The notes below the pieces were generated by a model. It was not told where the DNA came from and made no database searches. It saw nothing but the letters and a program-made list of their open reading frames with translations. From Betaproteobacteria bacterium (GTDB taxonomy: Bacteria > Bacillota > SHA-98 > UBA4971), in assembly GCA_050260395.1 (NCBI GenBank), contig JBLNCC010000063.1, positions 76-64,075 on the forward strand: DNA of 64,000 nt, read 5' to 3'. Positions 9,040-17,940 of the stretch are shown here, piece after piece. Within the stretch, counting starts at the first letter, position 1. Every line of letters starts with the position of its first letter. A program made the translations under genes and the position numbers.

Positions 9040-9903
9040 TCAAGCCCTATTGGTAAACAGCCTCTTTTCATCCGGTACCACGATGTTGAATTTCTTGACT
9101 TCTTCCAGGAACTTGGCCAGAGCTTCCCCGGCGATCTCAAAGTATTTCTCGCCTTTTTCTTTGCTGGCCCTTAACGGATTTCCGATGGTAGCCGTGTCGG
9201 AATACTCGTGGTGTTCCATCGGGACCCAGATGTTCTCCGCACCCATGAAGGTCACAAACCCCGAGCCGTCATGCTTGCTGAAGGCGCTGCCCATCCACCG
9301 CGGGGCGTGGGTCCGATCCGGTTTGGCTTTGCTCATGTCGACGGTGCCTTCGTCTGCGGCCCAGGCGGTACTGGTCTCGATTTCCCCGGCGTGCCAGCCC
9401 GGCGTCTCTTCCGGCGGCCCGTCAACGATATCCCCTATGAGGGAATAAGTCCGTTCCGTCGGGGTTTTGTACCAGCACACGAAGCAGTCGGTCTCGTATC
9501 TGATTCTCCGCAGCACGTCATCGACAACCTTGGAGTTGCTGCCGTGGTGGCTGACGAAGACTATCTTGTTGAAGCCGTGATAGATCATGCTCATGGCCAG
9601 GTCGTAAACGACGCGCCGATAGGTGTCTCCCGAGAAAGTGAGCGTTCCGGTCCCCTGATGGACCTGCCCCATATGGTGGGGGGAATAACCGACCGGAATC
9701 AGTGGGGTGTAGCACGTTTTAGCTATCCGGGCGGCTCTCTCCACGACTCCCATGGTCGTCAGGCTGTCCGTGCCGAGCGGGCAGTGGGCGCCGTGTTTCT
9801 CAGTGGAGCCCATGGGAATCATGATGACGTCATTGTGCTTCAAGTATTCGGCTACCTCATCGTAGCCCTTTTCGTAGATGTTCCAGGTCTCTTTCCGCGG
9901 CAT
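9040..9903 (-). CDS. creatininase-family metal-dependent hydrolase
   Basis: GSTEKHGAHCPLGTDS and VSHHGSN motifs typical of the creatinine amidohydrolase fold. GGGAGGA RBS. Confidence 0.88.
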   Translation of the reverse strand: MPRKETWNIYEKGYDEVAEYLKHNDVIMIPMGSTEKHGAHCPLGTDSLTTMGVVERAARIAKTCYTPLIPVGYSPHHMGQVHQGTGTLTFSGDTYRRVVYDLAMSMIYHGFNKIVFVSHHGSNSKVVDDVLRRIRYETDCFVCWYKTPTERTYSLIGDIVDGPPEETPGWHAGEIETSTAWAADEGTVDMSKAKPDRTHAPRWMGSAFSKHDGSGFVTFMGAENIWVPMEHHEYSDTATIGNPLRASKEKGEKYFEIAGEALAKFLEEVKKFNIVVPDEKRLFTNRA

Positions 9904-9948
9904 TGTCCGTTTCCTCCCTTATGCTTATGCTCCTAGCATGAACTGCTC

Positions 9949-10848
9949 CTAGATGAACCCCAGTTCCCTGATGTTCGCTTCCAAGGTTCGTTTCTGTTCC
10001 GGCGTCAATGGCTTCAACGGGTGCCTGGGGTCTCCACCGACATAACCAGCCAATTCCATGGCGCTCTTGACGGCGGCGACGCCGCCGAAGCCGGAAACCT
10101 TCTTGTTCAAGTCGACGATTTTCTCATTGAGCCTCTTGGCTTCCTCGAGCTTTCCTTCTTTGAAGGCGTTATAGAGCTTGACGCACTCCTCAGGGAAGAC
10201 ATTGGCCAGGGAAAGGACCCCCCCTACCCCGCCTTCGAGCAGCAAGTCCAGGAAGAACCCGGCTGACCCGGCCAGAACATAGAACTCCTTCCCCCTCGCC
10301 GCTTGAAGGTAGCTCTTGAAATTCCCTTTGGAACTGTCCTTCATCCCGACTACGTTGGGGTGTTCGGCCACTATCCTGACTACCTCAGGGCTTATCAACA
10401 CATCGGCGGCCACTGACGGGTTGTTGTATAACAGAACCGGCACGGGGGACGCATCCGCGACCCTGATTATGTAATCCGCCAGTGCGTCATCGGTGAGCTG
10501 TTTCCGGAAGAAATGAGGCATCAGCAAGCTGACCATAGAGGCTCCGAGTTTGGCCGCCTCTAGCGTGATATCGATCGTCTCTTTGGTGCTCTCGGCGCCC
10601 GTTCCCGCCATGATCACTTTGTCGTCAGCGGCGTTGTCAATCACCGTCTTCAGGACGGACAGCCTTTCCTCGACCGAAAGGGATTTGAACTCGCCGTTGG
10701 TCCCCAGGACAAAGTACCCCCTGAGGCCGGTCTTGTTCATTCTCTTGACGTTCTTGACTATCCCCTCATACAGAATCTCATCATTCTTGAATGGGGTTAC
10801 CATCGGGGTGAAAACGCCCGATAGCTTCTCCTTGATTGTGCTGGTCAT
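9949..10848 (-). CDS. DapA/N-acetylneuraminate-lyase family class I aldolase
   Basis: DHDPS-family pattern (GYFVLGTNGEF, LLYNNPS). ATG 10848 overlaps the upstream stop as ATGA, with AGGAAGG 8 nt upstream. Confidence 0.88.
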   Translation of the reverse strand: MTSTIKEKLSGVFTPMVTPFKNDEILYEGIVKNVKRMNKTGLRGYFVLGTNGEFKSLSVEERLSVLKTVIDNAADDKVIMAGTGAESTKETIDITLEAAKLGASMVSLLMPHFFRKQLTDDALADYIIRVADASPVPVLLYNNPSVAADVLISPEVVRIVAEHPNVVGMKDSSKGNFKSYLQAARGKEFYVLAGSAGFFLDLLLEGGVGGVLSLANVFPEECVKLYNAFKEGKLEEAKRLNEKIVDLNKKVSGFGGVAAVKSAMELAGYVGGDPRHPLKPLTPEQKRTLEANIRELGFI

Positions 10849-12107
10849 TGTGCGCACCTTCCTGTCTTGACATCATCCTGTACCGACATCATCTCGAGAA
10901 AGCTGTCTACAACCAGGTCGATGAACTGCGGGTCATTAATGTGGGCGTTCACCTCCTCCACAGGAATGGAGGGGGAAATCCTCTCTTTGAAGGTCTCTAT
11001 GAAGACCAGATTGCCTCTTGGGTCCCACAATTCTTGTCCCTCGCGGTTTGGGTAGGAGAAGCCCTTGAGCGGCAAAAAGACTTTCACCGGGCCTTGGGCC
11101 TTATTAATCTTTTCTGCCAGCAGCTTTGCCACTTCGCTCAGTTCGTCGTGGGAAAGCCGGACGAGAGTCAGGGTGGGATTATGGACAATATACTTTCTTC
11201 GCTTCATCTCCGGTGTTAGAGAATCCACCGGACCCTGCACGGTGTACTCGATGCTCCCAGGAGCGATGACTTGAGGCAAACCGGCCTGAGACGCTGACTC
11301 CAATCGGTACTCCTTGATCGCCCCATGGAGTCCTCCGACCAGCCTGTCGGCCAATTCATGGAGGTTTATATCCAACACCCCGGCGAAATACCCTTCCCGG
11401 ATCAAATCCTCCATCGCAATGCCTCCGGTCCCGTTCTGGTGAAAGGCTACCACCTCGAAACCCTTCTCTTCTAGGAGCGCTTTGGCCCGCAGGGCCCCCG
11501 GCGTCGTGGTCCCCAGCATCGACATGGCGACGGCCTTTCTGTGTCGTTCACGTCCGCTCTGATTGATGGCGCTCCTGACCATTCCGCAAATGGCGCCGGC
11601 CGCGTTCTTGAACACCCGAGTGGTGAGGGCGTTCACACCTTGCACGTCGACCACCGAATGCATGATGGCCACGTCTTTAGTCCCGACGAACGGTCCGAAA
11701 GTAGCGGTGCCGCAAGCTACCGTAGAAACCATCAATTTGGGCACGCCGAACGGTAGGTTCTGCATCACGGCCGTGGCGATGTTGGTGCCCTGGGAACCGC
11801 CAATCCCGATTACTCCGGCGAATCTCCCCTCGGCGTACTGTTGTCGAGCTACCTTCGTGGCTCCATTGATCATCACTTCAATGCACTTGCCCTTGTTTCC
11901 CGTCGCCAAGAGCTCGTCAATTGTCATGCCGCCGGCGACCGCCACTTCTTCCCGCGGAATGTCGGGCTTAATTGTCCGGGGAGCCGAGAGAATGCCCGTA
12001 TCCATTACGAGCGTATTGAACCCGTTTTCTTCGATGGTCTTTCTCAGGTAGTCGGCCTCTGTTTCCTTCGTATCCAAAGTCGCGATTATAAGAATCGTTG
12101 CGACCAT
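10845..12107 (-). CDS. UPF0261 (Tm-1-like ATP-binding) family protein
   Basis: N-terminus MVATILIIATLDTKETEADYL is typical of UPF0261; about 420 aa. I start at ATG 12107 (AAGGAGG upstream) rather than 12206. Confidence 0.85.
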   Translation of the reverse strand: MVATILIIATLDTKETEADYLRKTIEENGFNTLVMDTGILSAPRTIKPDIPREEVAVAGGMTIDELLATGNKGKCIEVMINGATKVARQQYAEGRFAGVIGIGGSQGTNIATAVMQNLPFGVPKLMVSTVACGTATFGPFVGTKDVAIMHSVVDVQGVNALTTRVFKNAAGAICGMVRSAINQSGRERHRKAVAMSMLGTTTPGALRAKALLEEKGFEVVAFHQNGTGGIAMEDLIREGYFAGVLDINLHELADRLVGGLHGAIKEYRLESASQAGLPQVIAPGSIEYTVQGPVDSLTPEMKRRKYIVHNPTLTLVRLSHDELSEVAKLLAEKINKAQGPVKVFLPLKGFSYPNREGQELWDPRGNLVFIETFKERISPSIPVEEVNAHINDPQFIDLVVDSFLEMMSVQDDVKTGRCAQ

Positions 12108-12260
12108 TATAGTTACGCTGGGCCTCCTTAGTTTGCTCGAACACCTGATACAGAGGTGACTTCGAATACCTGCAGACTTGTGTGCGCCGTGTAGCGCGAC
12201 CGGCAAGCACCTTATAGTGAAAACACCAAAGAATCAATAGAATCAGTCTTACTGCCTTGC

Positions 12261-12269
12261 TGTCTGACA
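12261..12269. promoter_or_regulatory. candidate GntR/FadR-type operator half-site pair TGTC-T-GACA
   Basis: Perfect inverted repeat in the 480-nt region between the FadR-like gene and the operon it precedes. A second copy, TGTC-A-GACA, lies at 12454-12462. Confidence 0.3.
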
Positions 12270-12453
12270 CCTATCGCGAAAAATATATAAGGTCTTCTTC
12301 TCGTATATTCTGTTTGCCTCGCTCGAGCCGACCGTACCTCGACTCGATATGTATACCTGGACTCCACATCTGCGCTCGCGGACTCGACGAGAGTCCACAC
12401 CCATCCATGAGCCAGCACACACATCATAAGCCAAACATGCCAACCTGTCAAGC

Positions 12454-12462
12454 TGTCAGACA
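12454..12462. promoter_or_regulatory. candidate operator TGTC-A-GACA
   Basis: Second copy of the TGTCnGACA palindrome in the same intergenic region. Confidence 0.3.
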
Positions 12463-12572
12463 GCCATACCGGAACCCACATTCCGCCACGAGAACCTCGA
12501 TGACGTGAGCCGAGATATTCATCCAGGTCGCGCCTCGACAGCAATGTCGACCCTCGTCAGGTTTTCGTCCGT

Positions 12573-12600
12573 GTCACGACCCCGACGTCACGACCCCGAC
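12573..12600. repeat. exact 14-bp tandem duplication (GTCACGACCCCGAC x2)
   Basis: Read directly. The second unit carries the stop codon (TCA on plus, 12588-12590) of the FadR-like gene. Confidence 0.95.
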
Positions 12601-13436
12601 GCCGTCGGACAGACGTTCTCTGCCGGCAGACTGCCGGGACGTTCGCCCGCCCCGTCGTCCGGGCAGCCTTCATGTGCTGGAGCGGGACGGCCGTCCTCAG
12701 GCTCCGCGGTCTCATAGTACTCCGTGAACTTCTGTTTAGCCGCCTGGAGGTGGTTGAGCATGTTCTTACGGGCCGCCGAAGAGTCCCCTTCTAGGATCGC
12801 CTTGTAGATGGCCTCATGATCGTCGTAGGACTTGCCAAACAGCCGTTTCACTGATGAGGGGTCGTCCGCGGCTTCGGCCAGCTCGATAGCATTGTAATAC
12901 GGCTGTCCCAACTTCAAGAGGGCTTCCTTGATGAACTGGATGAACAGACGGTTGTCCGACGCCTTGGCCAAAGCGAGGTGGAACTCGTAATCAGCGTTGA
13001 TGAACTCATCCACCGACTTGACATCCTTGCATTTCTTCAGGGTGTCCTCGATCTCCCGCAATGACGAATCGGTGCGTCTCTTGGCCGCCAGGTAGCAGGC
13101 CTCACCCTCAATTGCCCTTCTGGCCTCCAGCGCCTCTAGAAAAGTCATCCGGCTTCTGATCGTGTCGATGATGCCCTCCAGTTGGTAATTCACAGCGGGT
13201 TTCTTGATGAAATTGCCCTTGCCCGGGATGGACTCCAATAGTCCCAAGACCTTGAGCCCACTCAGGGCCTCCCTGATCGTCGCGCGACTAGTGCCCAGGC
13301 TCTTAGCCAGACTCGTCTCCGACGGGAGGCAGTTCCCGGGTTTCAGTCTGTCGGTACGGATCATCTCAACGAACTGCTCGATGATCTGGGTCGACGTGCT
13401 CACGGTTTCAACCGGCTTTAAACCAAGACTTGCCAT
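12588..13436 (-). CDS. GntR-family transcriptional regulator, FadR subfamily (FCD domain)
   Basis: wHTH LPSETSLAKSLGTSRATIREALSGLKVLGLL plus a helical FCD-like C-domain. Unusual ~45-aa acidic/Pro-Gly tail. Start taken at MASLG (13436). Confidence 0.88.
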   Translation of the reverse strand: MASLGLKPVETVSTSTQIIEQFVEMIRTDRLKPGNCLPSETSLAKSLGTSRATIREALSGLKVLGLLESIPGKGNFIKKPAVNYQLEGIIDTIRSRMTFLEALEARRAIEGEACYLAAKRRTDSSLREIEDTLKKCKDVKSVDEFINADYEFHLALAKASDNRLFIQFIKEALLKLGQPYYNAIELAEAADDPSSVKRLFGKSYDDHEAIYKAILEGDSSAARKNMLNHLQAAKQKFTEYYETAEPEDGRPAPAHEGCPDDGAGERPGSLPAENVCPTASGS

Positions 13437-14162
13437 TCTTTTCACCCACACCACTCTGTTTATGAAGGATGAAGCCGCTTCGTTCACTCATTCTGCGTCT
13501 TTTGGCAGTCTCCCGCTCGAACCGCCATGTCTCGCCAGCTGGAGACCGGAACGAACGTGCCTCGGTCTTAGACCCGCGGCGATCACCGGTGCCCTTCATC
13601 TTGCGCTGGCAGCCCCGAGTAGTCTTCGGCGTTTCCTTTGGGCCGCGCTCCCGTGCCAGGCAGCCAGCGGGCGATCGCCGTCGAAGAACGCCGCTGGACC
13701 ATGACCCGGTACACTGAGGGCGTGGACCAATCTTCGACCGCGACCGTTTACTATAGTTTTTCGCTCTCGCAGGCGACAATCCTTCTTCACCCAATAATAA
13801 CCGCTCGAAGCTCCTGCCCGAACGGCAGTCAAAGGTTCATCCGGGGTTCGGTGCCCGCGTCCTGCCACAAGGGAACACAGATGGAAGACGCGCACGCGCC
13901 CTCGTAAATGCCGGCGCCACCTCCGGGAGACGCGCGGCGGACGCCCGCCGCAGAACCCGGGCCGTCTCAGGCTGCCTGCGGCCGAATCCGCCGACAGCGA
14001 GGAAGATGTCGCTCCTCTAGGTTTTCATTGAGAATCTCCAATGCAAGGAAGGTGGTACGGCAGGCGATGATGAACGTACGTCCATGGGTGTATCTGAAGA
14101 TTCAAATGAAGGGTGTGGTTAGTCATCACTACTTGGCGTTTTGAAGGAGGTAACCCTTTGAG

Positions 14163-14642
14163 ATGAAAGTCCTCATAGTGTACGATTCGATTTTCGGCAA
14201 CACGGAACAGATAGCCCGGGCGATCGGCAAGGCTCTTGGCGCGACGGCCAACGTCGAAGCACTGCGCGTAGGCGACGTCAAGCCCGAGCACCTGAGCGGG
14301 TTGGGACTGCTCATTGTCGGTTCCCCAACACGGGGCTTCAGGCCGACAAAGCCGATCGCAGGCTTCCTCAACAGCATCCCTCAGGACGGCTTGAGGGGTG
14401 TCAGGGTGTCGGCCTTCGACACGAGGATTTCCACGGCCGACGTCCGCGCGCGCTTCCTCAACGTGATGGTGAAGCTGTTCGGCTACGCTGCGAAGCCGAT
14501 AGCCGACGGGCTCGAGAAGAGGGGAGGATCGCTGGCGGCCCCACCCGAAGGCTTCTTTGTGAAGGACACCGAGGGCCCGCTGAAGGATGGTGAGATCGAA
14601 CGAGCGGCGGCGTGGGCAAGGAGTCTCATGAAAACCCGGTGA
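14163..14642 (+). CDS. flavodoxin
   Basis: MKVLIVYDSIFGNTEQIA FMN-binding N-terminus, 159 aa, GAAGGAGG RBS. Confidence 0.92.
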   Translation: MKVLIVYDSIFGNTEQIARAIGKALGATANVEALRVGDVKPEHLSGLGLLIVGSPTRGFRPTKPIAGFLNSIPQDGLRGVRVSAFDTRISTADVRARFLNVMVKLFGYAAKPIADGLEKRGGSLAAPPEGFFVKDTEGPLKDGEIERAAAWARSLMKTR

Positions 14643-14747
14643 CTTCTCGAGACATCGAGGTTGGGAGGAAAGGGCCGGATGAAGAGAAGAAGTAGGCGCC
14701 TGCCAGCGGGCGGTAGGAGAAAGAGAGGACGGCGTGGGGCCGGCTTC

Positions 14748-14810
14748 CTCGACTCGCCCGGAATCCTGCGTGTCTACCACTTCCGCACCACAGCCGCCGC
14801 ACATGCGAAC
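14748..14810 (+). repeat. CATGTGCG-type intergenic repeat, short copy B
   Basis: 47/63 identity, gapless, to 1272-1334. Lies about 100 nt downstream of the flavodoxin stop. Confidence 0.7.
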
Positions 14811-14913
14811 GGGATCGAGCCGCCCTGATCGAGACCGCGCCGTGCGGCGGCTCCTGGGCATGCATGGCTCACTCGTGCACAGGCGCGACTGGCCAGATAG
14901 ACATTTGCCCGCT

Positions 14914-14957
14914 AAACAAAAGCAAGGAGAGGAGGCATAAACGAGAGCCCCCTCCCC
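14914..14957 (-). terminator. rho-independent terminator of the DUF169 gene
   Basis: Minus strand reads GGGGAGGGGGC-(10 nt loop)-GCCTCCTCTCC (11 bp, two G-U pairs) followed by TTGCTTTTGTTT. It starts 24 nt after the stop. Confidence 0.7.
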
Positions 14958-14980
14958 AAAGCGGCGGTCTCACTCAGCAC

Positions 14981-15745
14981 TCACTCAGCAAGATCTTCCG
15001 GCTGGATTGTGTAAGTCGGCGGCATAGTGGGGGTCCAGAACATATTCGGCGGCACCGGGTAAACGGAGAAGCCGCCCTGCGCTGTAAGTTCCAGGTTGGC
15101 CAGGAGTTTATCTCGCACCAAAGGATACGGAGCAACAAAAACGAGTTCGCTGTTTTGCGTGCCGCCAAAGATCCTATCACCCGCGCACGGGAATCCGACC
15201 ACCGGTTTTCCCTTTGCTACCGCGAAACCAATGGACGAACAGAGCGCTGCCTCGGCAACGGTGTCTGCCGCAACTTTCTCTCCGGTCTCGTAGGTACACG
15301 CGTGAATGAGCCTCATGGTCTGAGCCGGATTTGCGTACATGACGACGACATCAGGATCCACTTGGAGATTATCAAGGGCGCCGACCAGGATTCCGTCGAA
15401 CTTCTTGCCAGCGTCCCCAAGCTTGAAGGTGTTCGCCATGAAAGCCTTGCCTGCTACCGCATCCTTCACATAAGGACCAACAGCTGCCTTGCCCGTCGCA
15501 ATAGCTTCCGGCGTCTTTATGAGGCCGACGCAAGCCGCGCCCATGGCACACACCATCATCTCGGGCACCCCAGTGTTCACTTTCCCTTGATATCTGGCCA
15601 TGGACACCAACTGGCACACGTTCAGTTTGAAGTTCAGGGGTTTCCGGGGCAGTTCCTCCTTGCTCCTGTAGAGCTTAACGCCGACAGGTCGAGTATCGAG
15701 CCTCAGGATCCTTTCCAGTTTGTCTGACACTTCTCTGCATACCAT
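14981..15745 (-). CDS. DUF169 family protein
   Basis: 254 aa. N-terminal ...LDTRPVGVKLY... and overall pattern recognised as DUF169. AAGGGGGA RBS. Confidence 0.8.
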   Translation of the reverse strand: MVCREVSDKLERILRLDTRPVGVKLYRSKEELPRKPLNFKLNVCQLVSMARYQGKVNTGVPEMMVCAMGAACVGLIKTPEAIATGKAAVGPYVKDAVAGKAFMANTFKLGDAGKKFDGILVGALDNLQVDPDVVVMYANPAQTMRLIHACTYETGEKVAADTVAEAALCSSIGFAVAKGKPVVGFPCAGDRIFGGTQNSELVFVAPYPLVRDKLLANLELTAQGGFSVYPVPPNMFWTPTMPPTYTIQPEDLAE

Positions 15746-15840
15746 TCCGCAGTCCCCCTTTTCTTAATGCTACGACCAGTCATCCAGATGCGTCGGAGCT
15801 ACCAGGCACCGGGGTGGCAGCCACCCTCCCATCATTGCAA

Positions 15841-15972
15841 CCTCGTTTTCCGAGGTCTTGGATTGCCGGTGATTGCACGAGGGGTGTCAAAATCCGGCCA
15901 CTCACCAGACGGGCCGGATTTTGTCAAGTCGCCCCGCTTGGGACGCCGTCCACCACTGTTACGACGAAACCC
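15841..15972 (+). repeat. foldback (MITE/REP-like) element, copy 1
   Basis: Left arm GGATTGCCGGTGATTGCACGAGGGGTGTC, inner hairpin GTCAAAATCCGGCC/GGCCGGATTTTGTC, degenerate right arm. Aligns with copies at 20549, 56108 and 61052 (reverse). Confidence 0.8.
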
Positions 15973-16134
15973 AGGAGAAGGCGGAGAAGAACCACGACCC
16001 ATACCTTGCCTGTCTTGGGTAAGGCCACTCCTGTGTACTCACCGACTTCAAGCAAGCCCAGACGAACACCTAGCAGAAAGAGGGCTAGGCCGCCGGTTGA
16101 CCATGGCGACACCGATGTTGAGACACGGCACGGC

Positions 16135-17838
16135 TTAGTCCCACATCTGGTCCATCTCTTCGTCGCTCACGTCGAAGGTGGTCCCCGTGGCGGGGTTCCG
16201 TTCCTCAACGAAGTGCTCCGGCAGCCTGTCGTGCACGCTCGTGAAACCCGCGCGTCGATTGAACTCCCTCTCTGTCATGATCGTCTGTTTTGCGAGAGCG
16301 CGAATGGTCTCGGCGGAACAGGGGACGCCAAGCCGGGCCGAAACGAGATCGCCGAGGAGGTCTATCCGGTCCCTGACCGCCGGGCCGACGAACATACAGA
16401 CCCCCAGCATGTCGTATATCGCGGCCGAGAGCTGAGCGTTTCTGGACGCCTCGACCTGACCCCTTGGGCTGTGATGATCGATCTGCGCGCGCACCGTATT
16501 CCCGGCCGTGTGGTCAGCGCCCATCGGGGACGTGGCGAACGTCACTCCCAGCCCTTTAAGCCCCCGCGGGTCATAAGCCGCCATTACCTGGCCTTTCACC
16601 GCGGGGACGCGCCTCACCCCCAGAACCCTTGCGGTCAGCGCGCCGCCGTGGCCTATCACCCTTCCAAGCACCGTGCCCTTGCCTATCTCGCGTATGAGCT
16701 CAATGGCGCCCGCGGCGTCCCCGAACCGGACGAGGCCCGCCTCCATCGCCACACCCACCGCTCCACCGATGTCGATGGTGTCTACGCCGAGGTCATTACA
16801 CAGCCGGTTCATCTCGCCGATCGCGTCCAGGTCGTCGATCCCGCAGTTCGAGCCGAGCAAGCCGATGGTCTCATACTCAAGAGGGCTCACGAGGTCGCTG
16901 CCGTCCGCTCTCGGCACCCGGTTCGAGCACCCGATGGGACACCCGGGCATGCAGAAATGAGTGGTGAGCCCGCCCCTCGCCAGGATGAGCTCGCGGAGGG
17001 CCTCCGCCGAGATGCGGTCCGCGCCCTCAAAGCGCCCAGTGCTGAAGTTGCGCGTAGGCAGTCCGCCAAGCGCGTTGGTCGTCGTCACTAGGGCAGCGGT
17101 GCCCCAGTTGCGGTAGACCTCTGCGGTCTGCGGGGTCTCGCGGATCAATTGCGCCACAGCCCGGGCCGCCTCGAGGAATTTCTTCTTGTCGCGGATCTCC
17201 GGCGCCTGGGTGCCAGAATCGTCTATCACCACGGCCTTGATGCCTTTGGATCCCATCAGCGCCCCCATGCCCCCGCGGCCGCAGTACCTCCCCGGCTCCC
17301 CGTCCAGGTCGGTAATGGCTATCCCCGCAGCTGTCAGCTCCATCTCGCCGGCCGGTCCGATGACCATGACCCCGACTTGCTTCCCGTATTTCTCGTGGAG
17401 CCGCGCAGCACTCTCGTACACCCCAAGGCCCGCAAGATCGCAGCAGGGAACGAGCTCCGCCGTATCCTTCGCAAGGACCAGAGTGAACGGGCCTCGCGCG
17501 TCATCCGGTTTGTTCTCGACGATGAGCGCCTTTATGCCGAGTCGGGCGAGCTTATGCCCAGCGACCCCGCCCGCGTTGCTCTCCTTGATCCCGCCGGTGA
17601 GGGGACTCTTGCCGCCCACCGAGATCCTGCCAGCGCACGGCGCCGGCGTGCCGCCCAGAACCCCCGGCACGATGAGGAGCTTGTTGTGACGGCCAAGAGG
17701 GTCGCAGCCGGGTTTCACCTCGTCGAGCACAACGCGGGCTATGAGGCCGCGTCCTCCGAGCATTGCCAGGGACTCCCCCGCTGCGGCGCGCGTCACGCGC
17801 CGGGCCTGCGTATCGATCCTGAGAACGTACATTTCCAT
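16135..17838 (-). CDS. aor: aldehyde:ferredoxin oxidoreductase (tungsten/molybdopterin AOR family)
   Basis: AFOR N-domain pattern (LGGRGLIARVVLDEV...NKLLIVPGVLGG) and Cys cluster region CMPGCPIGCS. Start at ATG 17838 (AAGGAGG upstream), not the track start 18306. Confidence 0.92.
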   Translation of the reverse strand: MEMYVLRIDTQARRVTRAAAGESLAMLGGRGLIARVVLDEVKPGCDPLGRHNKLLIVPGVLGGTPAPCAGRISVGGKSPLTGGIKESNAGGVAGHKLARLGIKALIVENKPDDARGPFTLVLAKDTAELVPCCDLAGLGVYESAARLHEKYGKQVGVMVIGPAGEMELTAAGIAITDLDGEPGRYCGRGGMGALMGSKGIKAVVIDDSGTQAPEIRDKKKFLEAARAVAQLIRETPQTAEVYRNWGTAALVTTTNALGGLPTRNFSTGRFEGADRISAEALRELILARGGLTTHFCMPGCPIGCSNRVPRADGSDLVSPLEYETIGLLGSNCGIDDLDAIGEMNRLCNDLGVDTIDIGGAVGVAMEAGLVRFGDAAGAIELIREIGKGTVLGRVIGHGGALTARVLGVRRVPAVKGQVMAAYDPRGLKGLGVTFATSPMGADHTAGNTVRAQIDHHSPRGQVEASRNAQLSAAIYDMLGVCMFVGPAVRDRIDLLGDLVSARLGVPCSAETIRALAKQTIMTEREFNRRAGFTSVHDRLPEHFVEERNPATGTTFDVSDEEMDQMWD

Positions 17839-17923
17839 GTGCAAGTCCACGCCTCCTTGGAGCCGAACATGTCCTCGGCAAAGCCCACAAGGTGCAAGCG
17901 GCTCCCAGTCCGAACGCGCACCA

Positions 17924-17940
17924 ATGCAAGTTGCGTGCCT
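17924..17940 (-). promoter_or_regulatory. sigma-54 (-24/-12) promoter for aor
   Basis: Minus strand reads AGGCACGcaacTTGCAT, matching GGCACG-N4-TTGCW. It lies about 85 nt upstream of the aor start and next to the divergent sigma-54 activator gene. Confidence 0.75.

Noticed and set aside
14025-14861. 278-aa minus-strand ORF, plus the 246-aa ORF at 43534-44274 (-)
   Set aside because: They are antisense to flavodoxin and to the ECF S-component gene and its leader. They were useful only because their translations exposed the repeat copies.
15814-17091. 425-aa plus-strand ORF
   Set aside because: It lies entirely antisense to the aldehyde:ferredoxin oxidoreductase gene, which has clear family motifs. 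The ORF is Arg/Pro/His/Gly-rich with no recognisable domain. This is a typical mirror ORF of GC-rich DNA.
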